From an uncultured virus (IMG/VR IMGVR_UViG_3300028797_000120) (taxonomy: Duplodnaviria > Heunggongvirae > Uroviricota > Caudoviricetes), in the IMG/VR virus record IMGVR_UViG_3300028797_000120, positions 1 to 64,000 of that record: 64,000 nt of DNA. One strand, 5' to 3'. Shown piece after piece: positions 1-9,311 of the stretch; the first letter of the stretch is position 1, and every line of letters starts with the position of its first letter. The notes under the pieces were generated by a model, which saw only the letters and a program-made list of their open reading frames with translations, ran no database searches and was not told where the DNA came from. The position numbers and the translations under genes were made by a program.

Positions 1-160
1 CCAGTCCAGCAAGATACGCGAGGCCCATTTTGGAAGCCGCCACTGGACCCACACCCGGAAGTGCAGAAATCAAAGCGGATGCCGGCATCCCGGCTACCAC
101 ATCTCCGGCAACACCGACACCTTCCGCGCGCTTCACGGATGAACACTTCTCCATTGCCAT
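1..160 (-). CDS. Partial (runs off window edge) putative virion protein with hydrophobic Gly/Ala-rich N-terminus
   Basis: ATG at 160 downstream of AAGGAAAAG; reads MAMEKCSSVKRAEGVGVAGDVVAGMPASALISALPGVGPVAASKMGLAYLAGL, open to position 1; carries a K-x-A motif like its neighbours. Confidence 0.6.
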   Translation of the reverse strand, partial: MAMEKCSSVKRAEGVGVAGDVVAGMPASALISALPGVGPVAASKMGLAYLAGL

Positions 161-195
161 GGTTAGCTTTTCCTTATACATGCCTTATCCTTTCA

Positions 196-783
196 TCAGT
201 CCTGCTGGACCGTCTTCTCCTTGAGCTGTAGCGTGAGGTCGCCCAGCGACTTGAACACGTTGCGGAGCCTGTCCTCCATCTGGACGACGTCGTCGCTCCC
301 GTACCTCTGGTTGAAGTCCTCGTGCTTCCAGTAGAACAGGAACAGGATGCGTCCGAGCCGGTCGATCGTGTCCATGAACTCAGGGACGTACGAGTCTACG
401 ACGTTGCCAACGTCGTAGACCTTGACGAGCCCGCCGATGGCGGCCTGGTCGAACACGTGGCGCTGACCGGCGGCCGCCGCATCCGCGGCGAGGGCCTTCG
501 CCTCCTCGTCAAGCGGGAGGGCGCCCTCGAGCGAGTCCGTGTGCCCGTCGGGGATCTCCTCGCCCCCCATGTTGCGCTCCATCTCTCCGCCGATGTTGAT
601 GCCGCGAGTCATGCCGCCCTCGGGCGGGAGCCCCGGGACGCCGGTGAACTGGCCGTGGACCATCTCGACGTACGGCGACGCGTATACGGGAACTCCGGAG
701 TAGGGGTCCGTCGCGGGGATCTGGTCCATCGGGGCAGGCATCGCGACGTTCACGAGGCTTCCGACCTGCGCCGACTTCCCAAT
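196..783 (-). CDS. C-terminal segment of a large virion protein (continuation of 750..2936 in the -1 frame, or separate gene from GTG at 753)
   Basis: Only the last ~195 aa of the 196..1299 ORF look protein-like (IGKSAQVG...FMDTIDRLGRILFLFYWKHEDF); the upstream part is a shadow of the 750..2936 frame. Confidence 0.65.
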   Translation of the reverse strand: MGKSAQVGSLVNVAMPAPMDQIPATDPYSGVPVYASPYVEMVHGQFTGVPGLPPEGGMTRGINIGGEMERNMGGEEIPDGHTDSLEGALPLDEEAKALAADAAAAGQRHVFDQAAIGGLVKVYDVGNVVDSYVPEFMDTIDRLGRILFLFYWKHEDFNQRYGSDDVVQMEDRLRNVFKSLGDLTLQLKEKTVQQD

Positions 784-2936
784 CCGGCCTTTCCGGACAG
801 GGACGGTACCATTACGAGAATCCTTACGCCGTCCGAGGAAGCAGCCGCCTTTGAGAGGTAAGAGAACGCCCGCCTTGGCCTCATACCGAACCTTGTGACG
901 AGGTCTACGGCCGCCTGCTTGTATCCCATGGGGCCGTGCGGGCGTTTGGCGCCGTCGACGCTGAAGTAGAAGTCGGATCCGTCTGAGGCGATCTTGATCC
1001 TCTCGACTCCCTCGCTCTTCATCTGGTCGAGGATGTCCCCGGGATGTCCGAACGTGTACCTGCTGATCAGGGCCTTCCGTTCCTCGCCGGCCCTGGCAAT
1101 GCTCATTTCCCGATCCGCATCGCTCTCGTCCGGATTGTATGCGTGTTCCGGCAGCGTCCTGACCTTTAGCGCCTTCCAGTCTGCAGGGATGATGACTCCG
1201 GACGATGTCTTCTTCGGCATGCCGCCCTCCGAGCCGACGCTGAGGAAGTCCGAGGACCCGCAGATTTCGCACTCGCAGCAATTGTCTGCGTCGTACCACG
1301 TCTTCCTTCTCCCGTCGAAGTCGTGGTAGCGGTCGGACATATCCCAGTCCATGAAACCGTAATGCGGCTCAAGGGAACCGGACGGCTCTGTCTCGATGAC
1401 GCAGTTCCCCCATCCGGTTGAGAACCTAGTGTGGTCCCCGTCCTTGAAGACGTGCTTGATGAAGAACGGACCGGCCGCATTCCCCTTGTCGTCGATGAAC
1501 ATGTACGGCGTTCCCCTGTCCCTTCCGTCAGTCCCGACCTCGATTCCGCCGATGTCGGAAGCCTTCCCGTAAAGAGCCTTGAGATCGTCACCCTTGTCAT
1601 CCTTCGCGGAATCCTCCTTGAACTCAGTCGTGAGGACTGACATCGGGGATGCCTCCGCGATCACGAACCCGTTGTCCTCGAAGCAGAAAAGCGTGCAGTC
1701 CTTGCCGCAGGTCGGAGAGACGACTGCGTTCAGCATAAAGCCCTCGCGGGTCATACCGTCCCCCATTACGAAATTGTACATCCCGGGACCGTCCGGAGGA
1801 TTGAACCTGCGCTCGAAGCTGACGAGGGCGTCGTCGTCCGTAACCTTGGCCGTCTCCTCGTCAGGGCGGAGATCCTCGATGGTGAAGTCGCGCTCGACGA
1901 TCTGCCTGGCGTTCTCCTCGACCGTGAGAGGGCTATCCTCCTTACCGACGTCGGATGCAGGGGTGTCCTGGGCGGACTTAGACAGGTCACCGATGTCACC
2001 GACGACCCTTACCTTAGGCGATGAAGCGGCGATCTTGCGCATCCTGTCGACGTGGATGGATGCGTTCGCGAGCCTGTCGGTCCAGAACGCTCCTGCGTCC
2101 TTGTAGAGCGTGAGGGCCGCGTTGGCGAACCCTGCGTCGTGCATTGCCCCGAGGAACATGACCATGCACTCCGGTCCTCCCACCTTCTCCATGAAGGACC
2201 GGATGTATCCGGACTCGGCGCGCTTCTCAACCTTTCCAACCACCGACGACGCGAGGCCTGCCAACATTTCCGCGGTGTCCGGATCGGAGAGGGCTTTCGC
2301 GGTAGCCTCCTTGATGTGTTCCCACGCGTCGGAGAACGTCCACAACTCGTCTTTTTCAGCCGATCCCATCTTCCCGAGCATCACCTGCGGGCGCTGGACA
2401 AACGTGAGGTCAGGATTCCGCATGGTCTCCCTGACGCGGTCGTCGGCAGCCTCGCCGATGCTGACGGAATGCCGGCTGATGATGAAGTCGATCCATTTCT
2501 CCTCAAGCGGGATGAACTGGTTCGTCTTCTTGTTGAGGATCATGTCGATCCCGCGAACCTGATTGTTCAGGAAGAACGCGGGGACATAGTAGAAGTCGTC
2601 GCCGATCTTGTATCCGAAGATGCCGACGGCCTTCGAGCCGTCCTCGCTCCTGTCGACGACCTCGAACCCGATGAGGTACTTGATGAGGGCCGGCGCCCTG
2701 TCCTGGACGAACTGGAACGCGAGCGACCCGAAATCGTCCTCGTACTGGCGCTGGTTCGCCGACTCCGGGGCCTGCATCTCGTCCGGGTTACCAGTCACGG
2801 GGGACTGTCCCGGGTCTGGCGGGATCCCCTCAGGGCCTCCCGGCGCAGCCATCTGCGCCTCCTTGAAAATGAGCGTTCCCAGCCCGATTTTCGGGCTTAT
2901 CCTGAGAGAGTCGAAAGTGGGTCTAGAGCTTGCCAT
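750..2936 (-). CDS. Large putative virion structural/internal head protein
   Basis: 728-aa ORF, AAGGAG RBS, TGGTATAAT upstream, lies downstream of the capsid operon, many K-x-A motifs. Confidence 0.75.
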   Translation of the reverse strand: MASSRPTFDSLRISPKIGLGTLIFKEAQMAAPGGPEGIPPDPGQSPVTGNPDEMQAPESANQRQYEDDFGSLAFQFVQDRAPALIKYLIGFEVVDRSEDGSKAVGIFGYKIGDDFYYVPAFFLNNQVRGIDMILNKKTNQFIPLEEKWIDFIISRHSVSIGEAADDRVRETMRNPDLTFVQRPQVMLGKMGSAEKDELWTFSDAWEHIKEATAKALSDPDTAEMLAGLASSVVGKVEKRAESGYIRSFMEKVGGPECMVMFLGAMHDAGFANAALTLYKDAGAFWTDRLANASIHVDRMRKIAASSPKVRVVGDIGDLSKSAQDTPASDVGKEDSPLTVEENARQIVERDFTIEDLRPDEETAKVTDDDALVSFERRFNPPDGPGMYNFVMGDGMTREGFMLNAVVSPTCGKDCTLFCFEDNGFVIAEASPMSVLTTEFKEDSAKDDKGDDLKALYGKASDIGGIEVGTDGRDRGTPYMFIDDKGNAAGPFFIKHVFKDGDHTRFSTGWGNCVIETEPSGSLEPHYGFMDWDMSDRYHDFDGRRKTWYDADNCCECEICGSSDFLSVGSEGGMPKKTSSGVIIPADWKALKVRTLPEHAYNPDESDADREMSIARAGEERKALISRYTFGHPGDILDQMKSEGVERIKIASDGSDFYFSVDGAKRPHGPMGYKQAAVDLVTRFGMRPRRAFSYLSKAAASSDGVRILVMVPSLSGKAGLGSRRRSEAS

Positions 2937-2959
2937 TGCTTCTCCTTTGATTCGTCCCT

Positions 2960-2972
2960 ATTATACCAACAA
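2960..2972 (-). promoter_or_regulatory. Extended -10 promoter element TTGTTGGTATAAT
   Basis: Intergenic, 24 nt upstream of ATG 2936; same GGTATAAT core recurs at 12312, 28062 and 43026. Confidence 0.65.
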
Positions 2973-3006
2973 ATGCCCGAAACATCTTTTGCTGAGGGCC
3001 AGCGGC

Positions 3007-3468
3007 CTACGCCCACCCCCATCCGAGATTGGCGTTCAGCTCGCGCTTTTTCTTCCTCACCGCGGTAAGGAACTCGTCCCTGAGCCGCATGGACGCCTGG
3101 TCATACTCTGCAGCCTTCGCCTGGTCGTTGACCGACGTTCCACCCGCGCTGATCTGGAGGCTGTTCCTCCTGTACCGGTGGGCCGCCATGGCGAGAAGGT
3201 TGGACGCGACGCCGAGGAGGAGAATCGATCGGTAGGGGAACTTGTCCCAGTCCGTCCTGTAGATCTCCGGCGGAGTGTCGTTCCACCTGTCCACCGTGAT
3301 GTTCATAGCCGTCCGGATCTCCTCCGGAGTGAACTCGAAATCGTCGAGAAGGATGTTCGCCGCCGGGTTTTTGTCCCTGAGGAAGACGCGGACCTCCATG
3401 TCCGTCATCGGGGCGTCGTTTCCCTTTGGATCGATCGGCCTACCGTCTCTGTCCGTCACACCAGCCAT
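3007..3468 (-). CDS. Putative head completion / head-tail adaptor protein
   Basis: 153-aa helical protein (VRVFLRD...DFEFTPEEIRTAM), size and position two genes after the major capsid gene. Confidence 0.5.
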   Translation of the reverse strand: MAGVTDRDGRPIDPKGNDAPMTDMEVRVFLRDKNPAANILLDDFEFTPEEIRTAMNITVDRWNDTPPEIYRTDWDKFPYRSILLLGVASNLLAMAAHRYRRNSLQISAGGTSVNDQAKAAEYDQASMRLRDEFLTAVRKKKRELNANLGWGWA

Positions 3469-3968
3469 TCGGACCTCCCGGAATTCTTCTTTTCACCGTC
3501 CGTCCCTCCGGACCCTCCAGTGCCGTTGAGCCTGAGCAGGGGCGATTTCTTAGGGTCGACCGGGCTCACGTATCCAGGCGTGTCCGTGAAGGCGCTCTCA
3601 ATGGCGCTCCTGTTAAGCCCTAACAGCTCCCTTACCCTGTCCACGACCCTTCCCCACGCGTTCGAGAGGTGTCCCCTGTCTGCCCTGCCGTGCCTCTCGC
3701 CGTCCGCTCCCAGATAGAACGCGGCGCTTCCGACCAGCGCGGGGATCAGCCAGGACTTGTTCCTGTCCCAGAACGTCTCCTCGACATACCCTCCGTGTCC
3801 GCCGTGCCCGCCGTATGCGACCTTTCCGATGGACGCCTCCTTGCACAGCCTCTCCGCGACGGAGATCGCGTCGTCCGCCGGAAGCCCAGCCTCCGAGGCC
3901 GCCATCATTGCGCCTGCGGCGAACATAGGCGCCATGTTGTCCCTCAGGAACCTGTCTCTGATATCCAT
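3456..3968 (-). CDS. Hypothetical virion protein with one hydrophobic segment
   Basis: 170-aa ORF, WLIPALVGSAAFYLGA segment, KEA/KVA motifs. Confidence 0.65.
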   Translation of the reverse strand: MDIRDRFLRDNMAPMFAAGAMMAASEAGLPADDAISVAERLCKEASIGKVAYGGHGGHGGYVEETFWDRNKSWLIPALVGSAAFYLGADGERHGRADRGHLSNAWGRVVDRVRELLGLNRSAIESAFTDTPGYVSPVDPKKSPLLRLNGTGGSGGTDGEKKNSGRSEWLV

Positions 3969-3980
3969 GAATGTCCCCCA

Positions 3981-4020
3981 CAGAAGAGAGGCGGGACCGG
4001 AAACTAATCCGGCCCCGCCT
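3981..4020 (-). terminator. Hairpin (probable intrinsic terminator) after the major capsid gene
   Basis: AGGCGGGGCCGGA-TTAGTT-TCCGGTCCCGCCT 13-bp stem (one G.U) followed by a weak pyrimidine tract CTCTTCTG. Confidence 0.6.
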
Positions 4021-4075
4021 GGCCGTTAAGACCGTTGGACGGCTTGCTGGCTATGTCTCGATTCGCTCCATACGG

Positions 4076-5095
4076 CTAGCTGCCGCTGCCAGAGTCAGAG
4101 CCCGAGGTTTCGGTGTCCCAGCTTCCCTGGAACTGCGACCCGAACCGGGCCACCGCCATGCCGGCGATGTTGCCGAACGAGAAGCCGCCCAGCCAGTAGC
4201 TGAACCACTTGATGAAGTACGCCTCCTTGTTGAGGTACATCGTCCAGTCGGTCAGCGTGTAGTTGTGGCCGAGGAACGACGGCTCCGCGAAGAAGTAGAT
4301 GTACCCCTCCGGGACCAGGCTGCGCTTGATCGTGGAGATCGCCTTGATGCCCATGATCGTGGTCTCGGTGAGGCCGTTCTTCCAGTGCTCCTGGGCAAGG
4401 TCGCCACCGATTTCCTGACGGTTGAGCTTCAGCACGTCGCGCAGCGTGTTCTCGTGCGCAAGCATGACGTAGTTGCGGGCGATGAACTTGTCGTTGGCGT
4501 TTCCGGCCGGCAGCATCTTCGTTGCATCCGTGAACGTGTCGCGGTTGAGGCCTTCCTCGAAGTCCCTCCACTGAACCTTGCCGGTGACGGGATGGACGTT
4601 GCCGGCCACTCCGCCGCCAACAGTGTTGCTGACGATCGAGTTGACGGTGTCGATGAACTTCCGGTCGTGCGTAGCCATGCCGTCCTTGATGCTGTTGTCG
4701 GTGAGCATCTTGCGGATCGGGTAGTTGTACGTCCGGAGCTGGTCGATGTCCTTCGTGAACGCCGGGGTGACGATCCGGGCGAGCGGGGTGATGTACTTGG
4801 ACCCCGTGATGATCTCGCCCTCGGGGACCATCTCGAACGGGACGTACTTCGCTCCCGGGGAATCGGGCTCGAGGTCGTCGATGACGATCAGGTCCTCGGT
4901 CATGGTCTTCGCCAGCTTCTCGTTGCCGATCTTCTCGGGCGGGAGGATCTTGTTGGCGAAAGAACCCTCACGGATGTTGATGCGCGTCACGTCGCTCGCG
5001 GCCTGCGCCACCTTCTCGATGTCGGCGGACGCGCCCTTCTCGAGCATGGCGCGGAGGTTGCGGTCAAGAATCTGCTCCTGTGCTTCCTTAGTCAT
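4076..5095 (-). CDS. Major capsid protein (HK97-fold, inferred)
   Basis: 339 aa, strongly biased codons, last gene of a protease-scaffold-decoration-capsid run; IREGSFANKILPP N-terminal and VPEGYIYFFAEPSFLG C-terminal motifs typical of large-phage capsids. Confidence 0.8.
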   Translation of the reverse strand: MTKEAQEQILDRNLRAMLEKGASADIEKVAQAASDVTRINIREGSFANKILPPEKIGNEKLAKTMTEDLIVIDDLEPDSPGAKYVPFEMVPEGEIITGSKYITPLARIVTPAFTKDIDQLRTYNYPIRKMLTDNSIKDGMATHDRKFIDTVNSIVSNTVGGGVAGNVHPVTGKVQWRDFEEGLNRDTFTDATKMLPAGNANDKFIARNYVMLAHENTLRDVLKLNRQEIGGDLAQEHWKNGLTETTIMGIKAISTIKRSLVPEGYIYFFAEPSFLGHNYTLTDWTMYLNKEAYFIKWFSYWLGGFSFGNIAGMAVARFGSQFQGSWDTETSGSDSGSGS

Positions 5096-5110
5096 CTGTC
5101 TCTCCTTTCC

Positions 5111-5650
5111 CTAGATGGCGGTTTTGAAGCGGATGACCGAAACGTTGGCGCCGGTGCGGACAGCCAGCCTGCGGTCGTTGGGGCTGCCGGGGACGGCGAC
5201 CGCGTCATTCACCCAGCGCTCGAACGGGGCCGCGGTGACATATCCGACGAGGGGGTTAGTCCCGTCGCTTCCGGTCGTGGTGAGCAGTCCGTCGGCGACA
5301 TACAGCTTAGCCCCGACCGTGTAGTTAGTCTTGGACTTGTCGTACACGCTCGTCTCGTACTCGCCGTCCTGGGTGAGGTCGATGGCGCCGATCGCGGGCT
5401 TGCCGCCATTCGGGTCGAACGCCGTACCGACAAACCCGGCCGTCGGGTCGGAGCTGTCATGGAGCGCGACGTAGAGAATATTGTCCGTGTTTCCGGCGAT
5501 CTTGAACTCGGCGTTGGCGCCGGTTGCGTCGGAGGTAACCGCGACGATCATGCCGCGCTCGAACGTCGTAACGCTGTCCGCTGCCGGAAGCGTCTTGTCG
5601 ACCTGGGCGAGGCTCGGGTAGGGTCCCTTAACAGGAGAAAACCATCCCAT
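5111..5650 (-). CDS. Putative capsid decoration/cement protein
   Basis: Likely start MGWFSPVKG at 5650; beta-rich, YTVGAKLYVADGLLT...VGYVT motif; directly upstream of the capsid gene. Confidence 0.6.
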   Translation of the reverse strand: MGWFSPVKGPYPSLAQVDKTLPAADSVTTFERGMIVAVTSDATGANAEFKIAGNTDNILYVALHDSSDPTAGFVGTAFDPNGGKPAIGAIDLTQDGEYETSVYDKSKTNYTVGAKLYVADGLLTTTGSDGTNPLVGYVTAAPFERWVNDAVAVPGSPNDRRLAVRTGANVSVIRFKTAI

Positions 5651-5709
5651 GTTTTTTGCCTTTCCTTTGGTTTTGGCTTGTTGGTTGTGAACCGGCTGGC
5701 CCACATGGG

Positions 5710-6147
5710 TCAGTCGACGTAACCCGCCCCGCGGCGGCAGCCGAGGAGCAGGGCAGACCACGGATCATCGACGCTCCGGGAGGAATCGAAGTCTGATGCC
5801 CTGCCGAGCGTGGGCGCGGAAATGCTTTCCGCCATCTTCTCGACAAGATCCCAGACCCCTGACGGATCCTCCGCGACCTTGTTGACGAAGTCGTCAACCT
5901 TGTCGTTCCCGATCGCGCCGCATCCGGCCAGAACCCTAGCGGCGTGCGCGGCCTTCTTGTTGAAGCTCTCGCGGGCCTCAACGAAATTATTCAGCGTTTT
6001 CTTCGTCTCGCCAATCTCGACCTCGGCGGAAGCGAGCTTCTCGGTGAGGCGCCTCCCGAAGTCGCAAAGGTCGAGGATGCGGGCTGTCCTCCGGAGCTCT
6101 TCAGCCTCGGGGACCAGAACCTGCCTTTTCTGAATCTCTGCGCTCAT
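5710..6147 (-). CDS. Hypothetical coiled-coil head-assembly protein
   Basis: 145 aa, GGAGG RBS, helical, inside the head operon, KLA/KKA/KMA motifs. Confidence 0.65.
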   Translation of the reverse strand: MSAEIQKRQVLVPEAEELRRTARILDLCDFGRRLTEKLASAEVEIGETKKTLNNFVEARESFNKKAAHAARVLAGCGAIGNDKVDDFVNKVAEDPSGVWDLVEKMAESISAPTLGRASDFDSSRSVDDPWSALLLGCRRGAGYVD

Positions 6148-6163
6148 CGGAGAACACCTCCCG

Positions 6164-7669
6164 TCAGTTCGACTTGCGGCACGCGAGGGCGTACCGGGCG
6201 AGGGCGGCGGGGTCTACACCCATCTCGGCGGCCTTCTTGCAGAACCCCTCGATGTACTTGGCCTCGTCGCCAGTCGGACTGGCGGATGCCGTCTTCTCGC
6301 GGATCTTGGCCTCGATGGCGTCCTTGCGGCGCTGCAGGCATGCGGCGACCTTTCCGAGAAGCCCGCCCTTCGCTGACGCGGCGCTGGCCCTGTTGGCGAC
6401 GACCGCGGAGGCGACCTTGCTGATGGCGTTTTTCCTGATCGCAGCGGCGGCGGTCTTCATGGCCTCCTCGGCGGCGGCGGCACCGGCCGCCTCGTCCTGG
6501 GCGTCCTGGATCGCCTGCGCGGCGTCGGCCTCTCCGGCCGCTGCGGCATCATCGGCGGCGGCGGCTTCAGCGCCGGCCCCGGAACCACCCTCGATCTCGC
6601 CTACGATGGCCTTGGCCTGCTCCGGTGTGATCTCCCCGCTCTCGAGCCCCTGCGCGATGATCTCGGCGGCCTCGTCCTCCGTGATGTCTCCGTTCTCACC
6701 GGCGGCCGGCTCGGATCCTTCGTCCCCGGCGAGCTCATCGACGAGGGCCTTGGCCGTGTCGACGTCGAGCTCTCCTGTGCGGACGAGGTCCACGATCGCG
6801 GCTCCGAGCTCTTCCTCCGTCACGTCCTCGGGGATCTGGACATCCCCAACGCCGGTGGCTGCATCGGCGGCGGCTGCATCGGCGGAACCTGCGTCAGCGG
6901 CGGCCTCGGCGGCCGCGGCGTCCTCGCCGGAGATTCCGGCCATGGCCATGGCGTTGTTCGCGGCTGCCTCGGCGGCGGCGGGATCAAGCCCGTCGGCCTG
7001 TGCGGCCTTCACGCAGGCGGCCTTGATCAGGGAGATGACGGACTCCCTGTCGGAGGCCTTCTTCTCCTGGGCCTTCTGGATAGCGTTCTCGGCGGCCCCG
7101 CGACCGGCCATGAACGCGGCACTCGCGGCGGCGATCTTGGAGATCGTTTCGTCGTCCAGGGCGATAGTCGTCTTGGAGGGGTTCTGAGGCACGTCCGTCT
7201 GGGCCTGCTTCTGGGCGGACGGTGCGGGCTGTGCCTGCTTCTGGGAGGCCTGCTTCTGTGTTTCCTGCTTCTGGGCGGCCTGCTTCTGCCCGCTGTCGAT
7301 GTCGGACAAAAGGTCGTTGATGAGGCTGGCCATGCGGTCGGACGCCTCCTTGGCGCTGAGGGCGTCGTCCGTCACGAGGGGCTTCTCGTCCGGGTTCAGA
7401 AGCGGCTGGTCGACCTCAAGCTTGCCCTCGTTGAGAGGCTTTGCGTCGCCACCGTTCACGGCCCCCTCGGAGGATGTCGCTCCGGCGGGTAGGCCCTGCG
7501 TGACCTCCGGATCGGGTTTCTCAGCGTCCTTGGGGACTTTCTCGTCATGCTCGGAACCCGGAAGGGAGTCGACGCCGACAAGAGCCCCCGGTTCTGCAGC
7601 GAGCGTCTCGTTCGCAAGCTTCTCGAGCCTGTTGAACTGTTGGATGAGCTGGTTCAGCGGAAGTGCCAT
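6164..7669 (-). CDS. Scaffolding/core-like acidic Ala-rich protein
   Basis: 501 aa, AAGGAG RBS, low-complexity Ala/Glu/Asp, QKQA repeats, sits between protease and capsid genes. Confidence 0.65.
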   Translation of the reverse strand: MALPLNQLIQQFNRLEKLANETLAAEPGALVGVDSLPGSEHDEKVPKDAEKPDPEVTQGLPAGATSSEGAVNGGDAKPLNEGKLEVDQPLLNPDEKPLVTDDALSAKEASDRMASLINDLLSDIDSGQKQAAQKQETQKQASQKQAQPAPSAQKQAQTDVPQNPSKTTIALDDETISKIAAASAAFMAGRGAAENAIQKAQEKKASDRESVISLIKAACVKAAQADGLDPAAAEAAANNAMAMAGISGEDAAAAEAAADAGSADAAAADAATGVGDVQIPEDVTEEELGAAIVDLVRTGELDVDTAKALVDELAGDEGSEPAAGENGDITEDEAAEIIAQGLESGEITPEQAKAIVGEIEGGSGAGAEAAAADDAAAAGEADAAQAIQDAQDEAAGAAAAEEAMKTAAAAIRKNAISKVASAVVANRASAASAKGGLLGKVAACLQRRKDAIEAKIREKTASASPTGDEAKYIEGFCKKAAEMGVDPAALARYALACRKSN

Positions 7670-7795
7670 TTTTACTCCTTTAGTTTGTCTTGTTCCGTCT
7701 TTCCTGCCTGCGCCGTCGGTCGCCGGCTAGTACGCGGAGTACTTCCCAAGCAACTTGGCTGACACAGTAAATCATACATAATCCTCTGTGGCGTG

Positions 7796-9271
7796 TCAAC
7801 TCGCGGACGGCGACACCATGTCCTGCGCCGCTGCGATCGCGATCACGTCGTCCTCACGTATGCCGGCGCATGCCGGCCCTGACAGCGCCGCGGCCAGCGC
7901 GGCCACCTTGTACATCGCGTAGCGCCTGGCCAGCCTGTCCGCGACAGCGGAAACCTCGCCGTCCGCATCCGCGTCCGCGCTTTTCTCCATACGGACGAAC
8001 TGCGGGCACTCCCCGGACGCCATGGCAGACAGAATTCCAGTCACGGCGTCCCATGCGGAGAACCCGCCGGCGGACGCGGACTTCGACAGGGCCTCGCGGA
8101 TCGGACCGGGGACCGGACTAGAGAGCGCGAGCGGGCAGGACGGGTCGTAAGACGCGCAGTTGCAGAACCCGGCGCACGACGCCGTCTTGACGGCCTCCGT
8201 TATGATCCCGGGAACCCTGCGGGCGACATGGCCAGCGTATCGCACGACCTTCCCGTATTCGGGGCCGAACGCGTACTTCAGGAACGATTCGGCGTCGAGG
8301 ATGACGCCGGCGTTCCCGAGCGCGGCGAAGGCGTCGGAAGGGTCAAGGGCCCTGAGCGACGACAGAGTCTCCCCGTCCAGCCTGGCGCCTGCGAGCTTCC
8401 TGAGCTCGAACTCGTATGCCTCCCTAGCCCCCGACGGCTTCGCGCCGCCGAAAATCCACGAGTCCATCCTGGAATAGGCGCCGGCCAGCTTTTTCATGAT
8501 CCCGAGCTTCCTGACCGCCAGGTCCGACTCGATGACCAGATCGTCAGGGAGTACGTATCCCTCGATCTCTGCCCGCTTGACGGAACTGCAGATGGGGATG
8601 TCCTCCGGCATGCCAGAAGCGACCTTCAGGCTCCACGCGATGCGGTCCGCTGGCCGGCCGACGAAGGAGATGTCGAACCACGTCGGCTCGTCATTGTAGG
8701 TCCCGATCTGACTGCCGTCCTCCGCGATCTTCCCGAGGCTGTATTTGACGTGGTCGCACTCGTTCTCGTCGCCCGCCTGCTTCCGTATGGCCCCGCAGCA
8801 TGAGCAGCGGTCAAAAGGCACCTTGGCCGCCATGCTGAAGCTGACCTCGCCGGTCTTCTCGAGGCGGTCAAGATGGTCGCGGGCCTTCTCGTTGTCCGCC
8901 CAGATGTACAGCTCGATCCTGTGCATGTCCGGGTTGTATGCCGCGGCCTTGATCTGACCGATTGCCTTTTCGGGGTCCTTGTTCCTGTGGTGCTGGAAGA
9001 CGTGGCCGTACTTCACGAACGTGTCGTGGTACTTGACGCACGCCTCCTTAGGGAACAGATCCCCGTTCCTGTTCATCGGGTACGCCTCTGAGTCCCCGAG
9101 GGCGACCAGGTGGATCCCCGTCATGCCATCCGGAGGCTTGAGCTGGTCGTACCCGCACCTGAAGATCGTGGAGGCCTGCTTTCTCATCTCGGACGCGGAC
9201 TTCACGATCTCCCCGCCAACCCCGACGGACTGGCTGATGTCGGAAGAGTATGTGACCTTGATCATCGACAT
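7796..9271 (-). CDS. Prohead (capsid maturation) serine protease with CxxC insertion
   Basis: NRNGDLF, HVFQHHRNKDP (His), VSFSMAAKV (Ser) and WFDISFVGRPAD motifs match the HK97/assemblin-type prohead protease layout; first gene of the head operon. Confidence 0.8.
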   Translation of the reverse strand: MSMIKVTYSSDISQSVGVGGEIVKSASEMRKQASTIFRCGYDQLKPPDGMTGIHLVALGDSEAYPMNRNGDLFPKEACVKYHDTFVKYGHVFQHHRNKDPEKAIGQIKAAAYNPDMHRIELYIWADNEKARDHLDRLEKTGEVSFSMAAKVPFDRCSCCGAIRKQAGDENECDHVKYSLGKIAEDGSQIGTYNDEPTWFDISFVGRPADRIAWSLKVASGMPEDIPICSSVKRAEIEGYVLPDDLVIESDLAVRKLGIMKKLAGAYSRMDSWIFGGAKPSGAREAYEFELRKLAGARLDGETLSSLRALDPSDAFAALGNAGVILDAESFLKYAFGPEYGKVVRYAGHVARRVPGIITEAVKTASCAGFCNCASYDPSCPLALSSPVPGPIREALSKSASAGGFSAWDAVTGILSAMASGECPQFVRMEKSADADADGEVSAVADRLARRYAMYKVAALAAALSGPACAGIREDDVIAIAAAQDMVSPSAS

Positions 9272-9311
9272 GAATCACCCCTCTTTGAATAAACAAACTA
9301 CTCCAGAAGAT

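Noticed and set aside
3971..5722. Long plus-strand ORFs (3971..5722, 6174..7187, 21873..23180, 44096..45109 and others)
   Set aside because: Antisense shadows of GC3-biased minus-strand genes; no RBS or recognisable motifs
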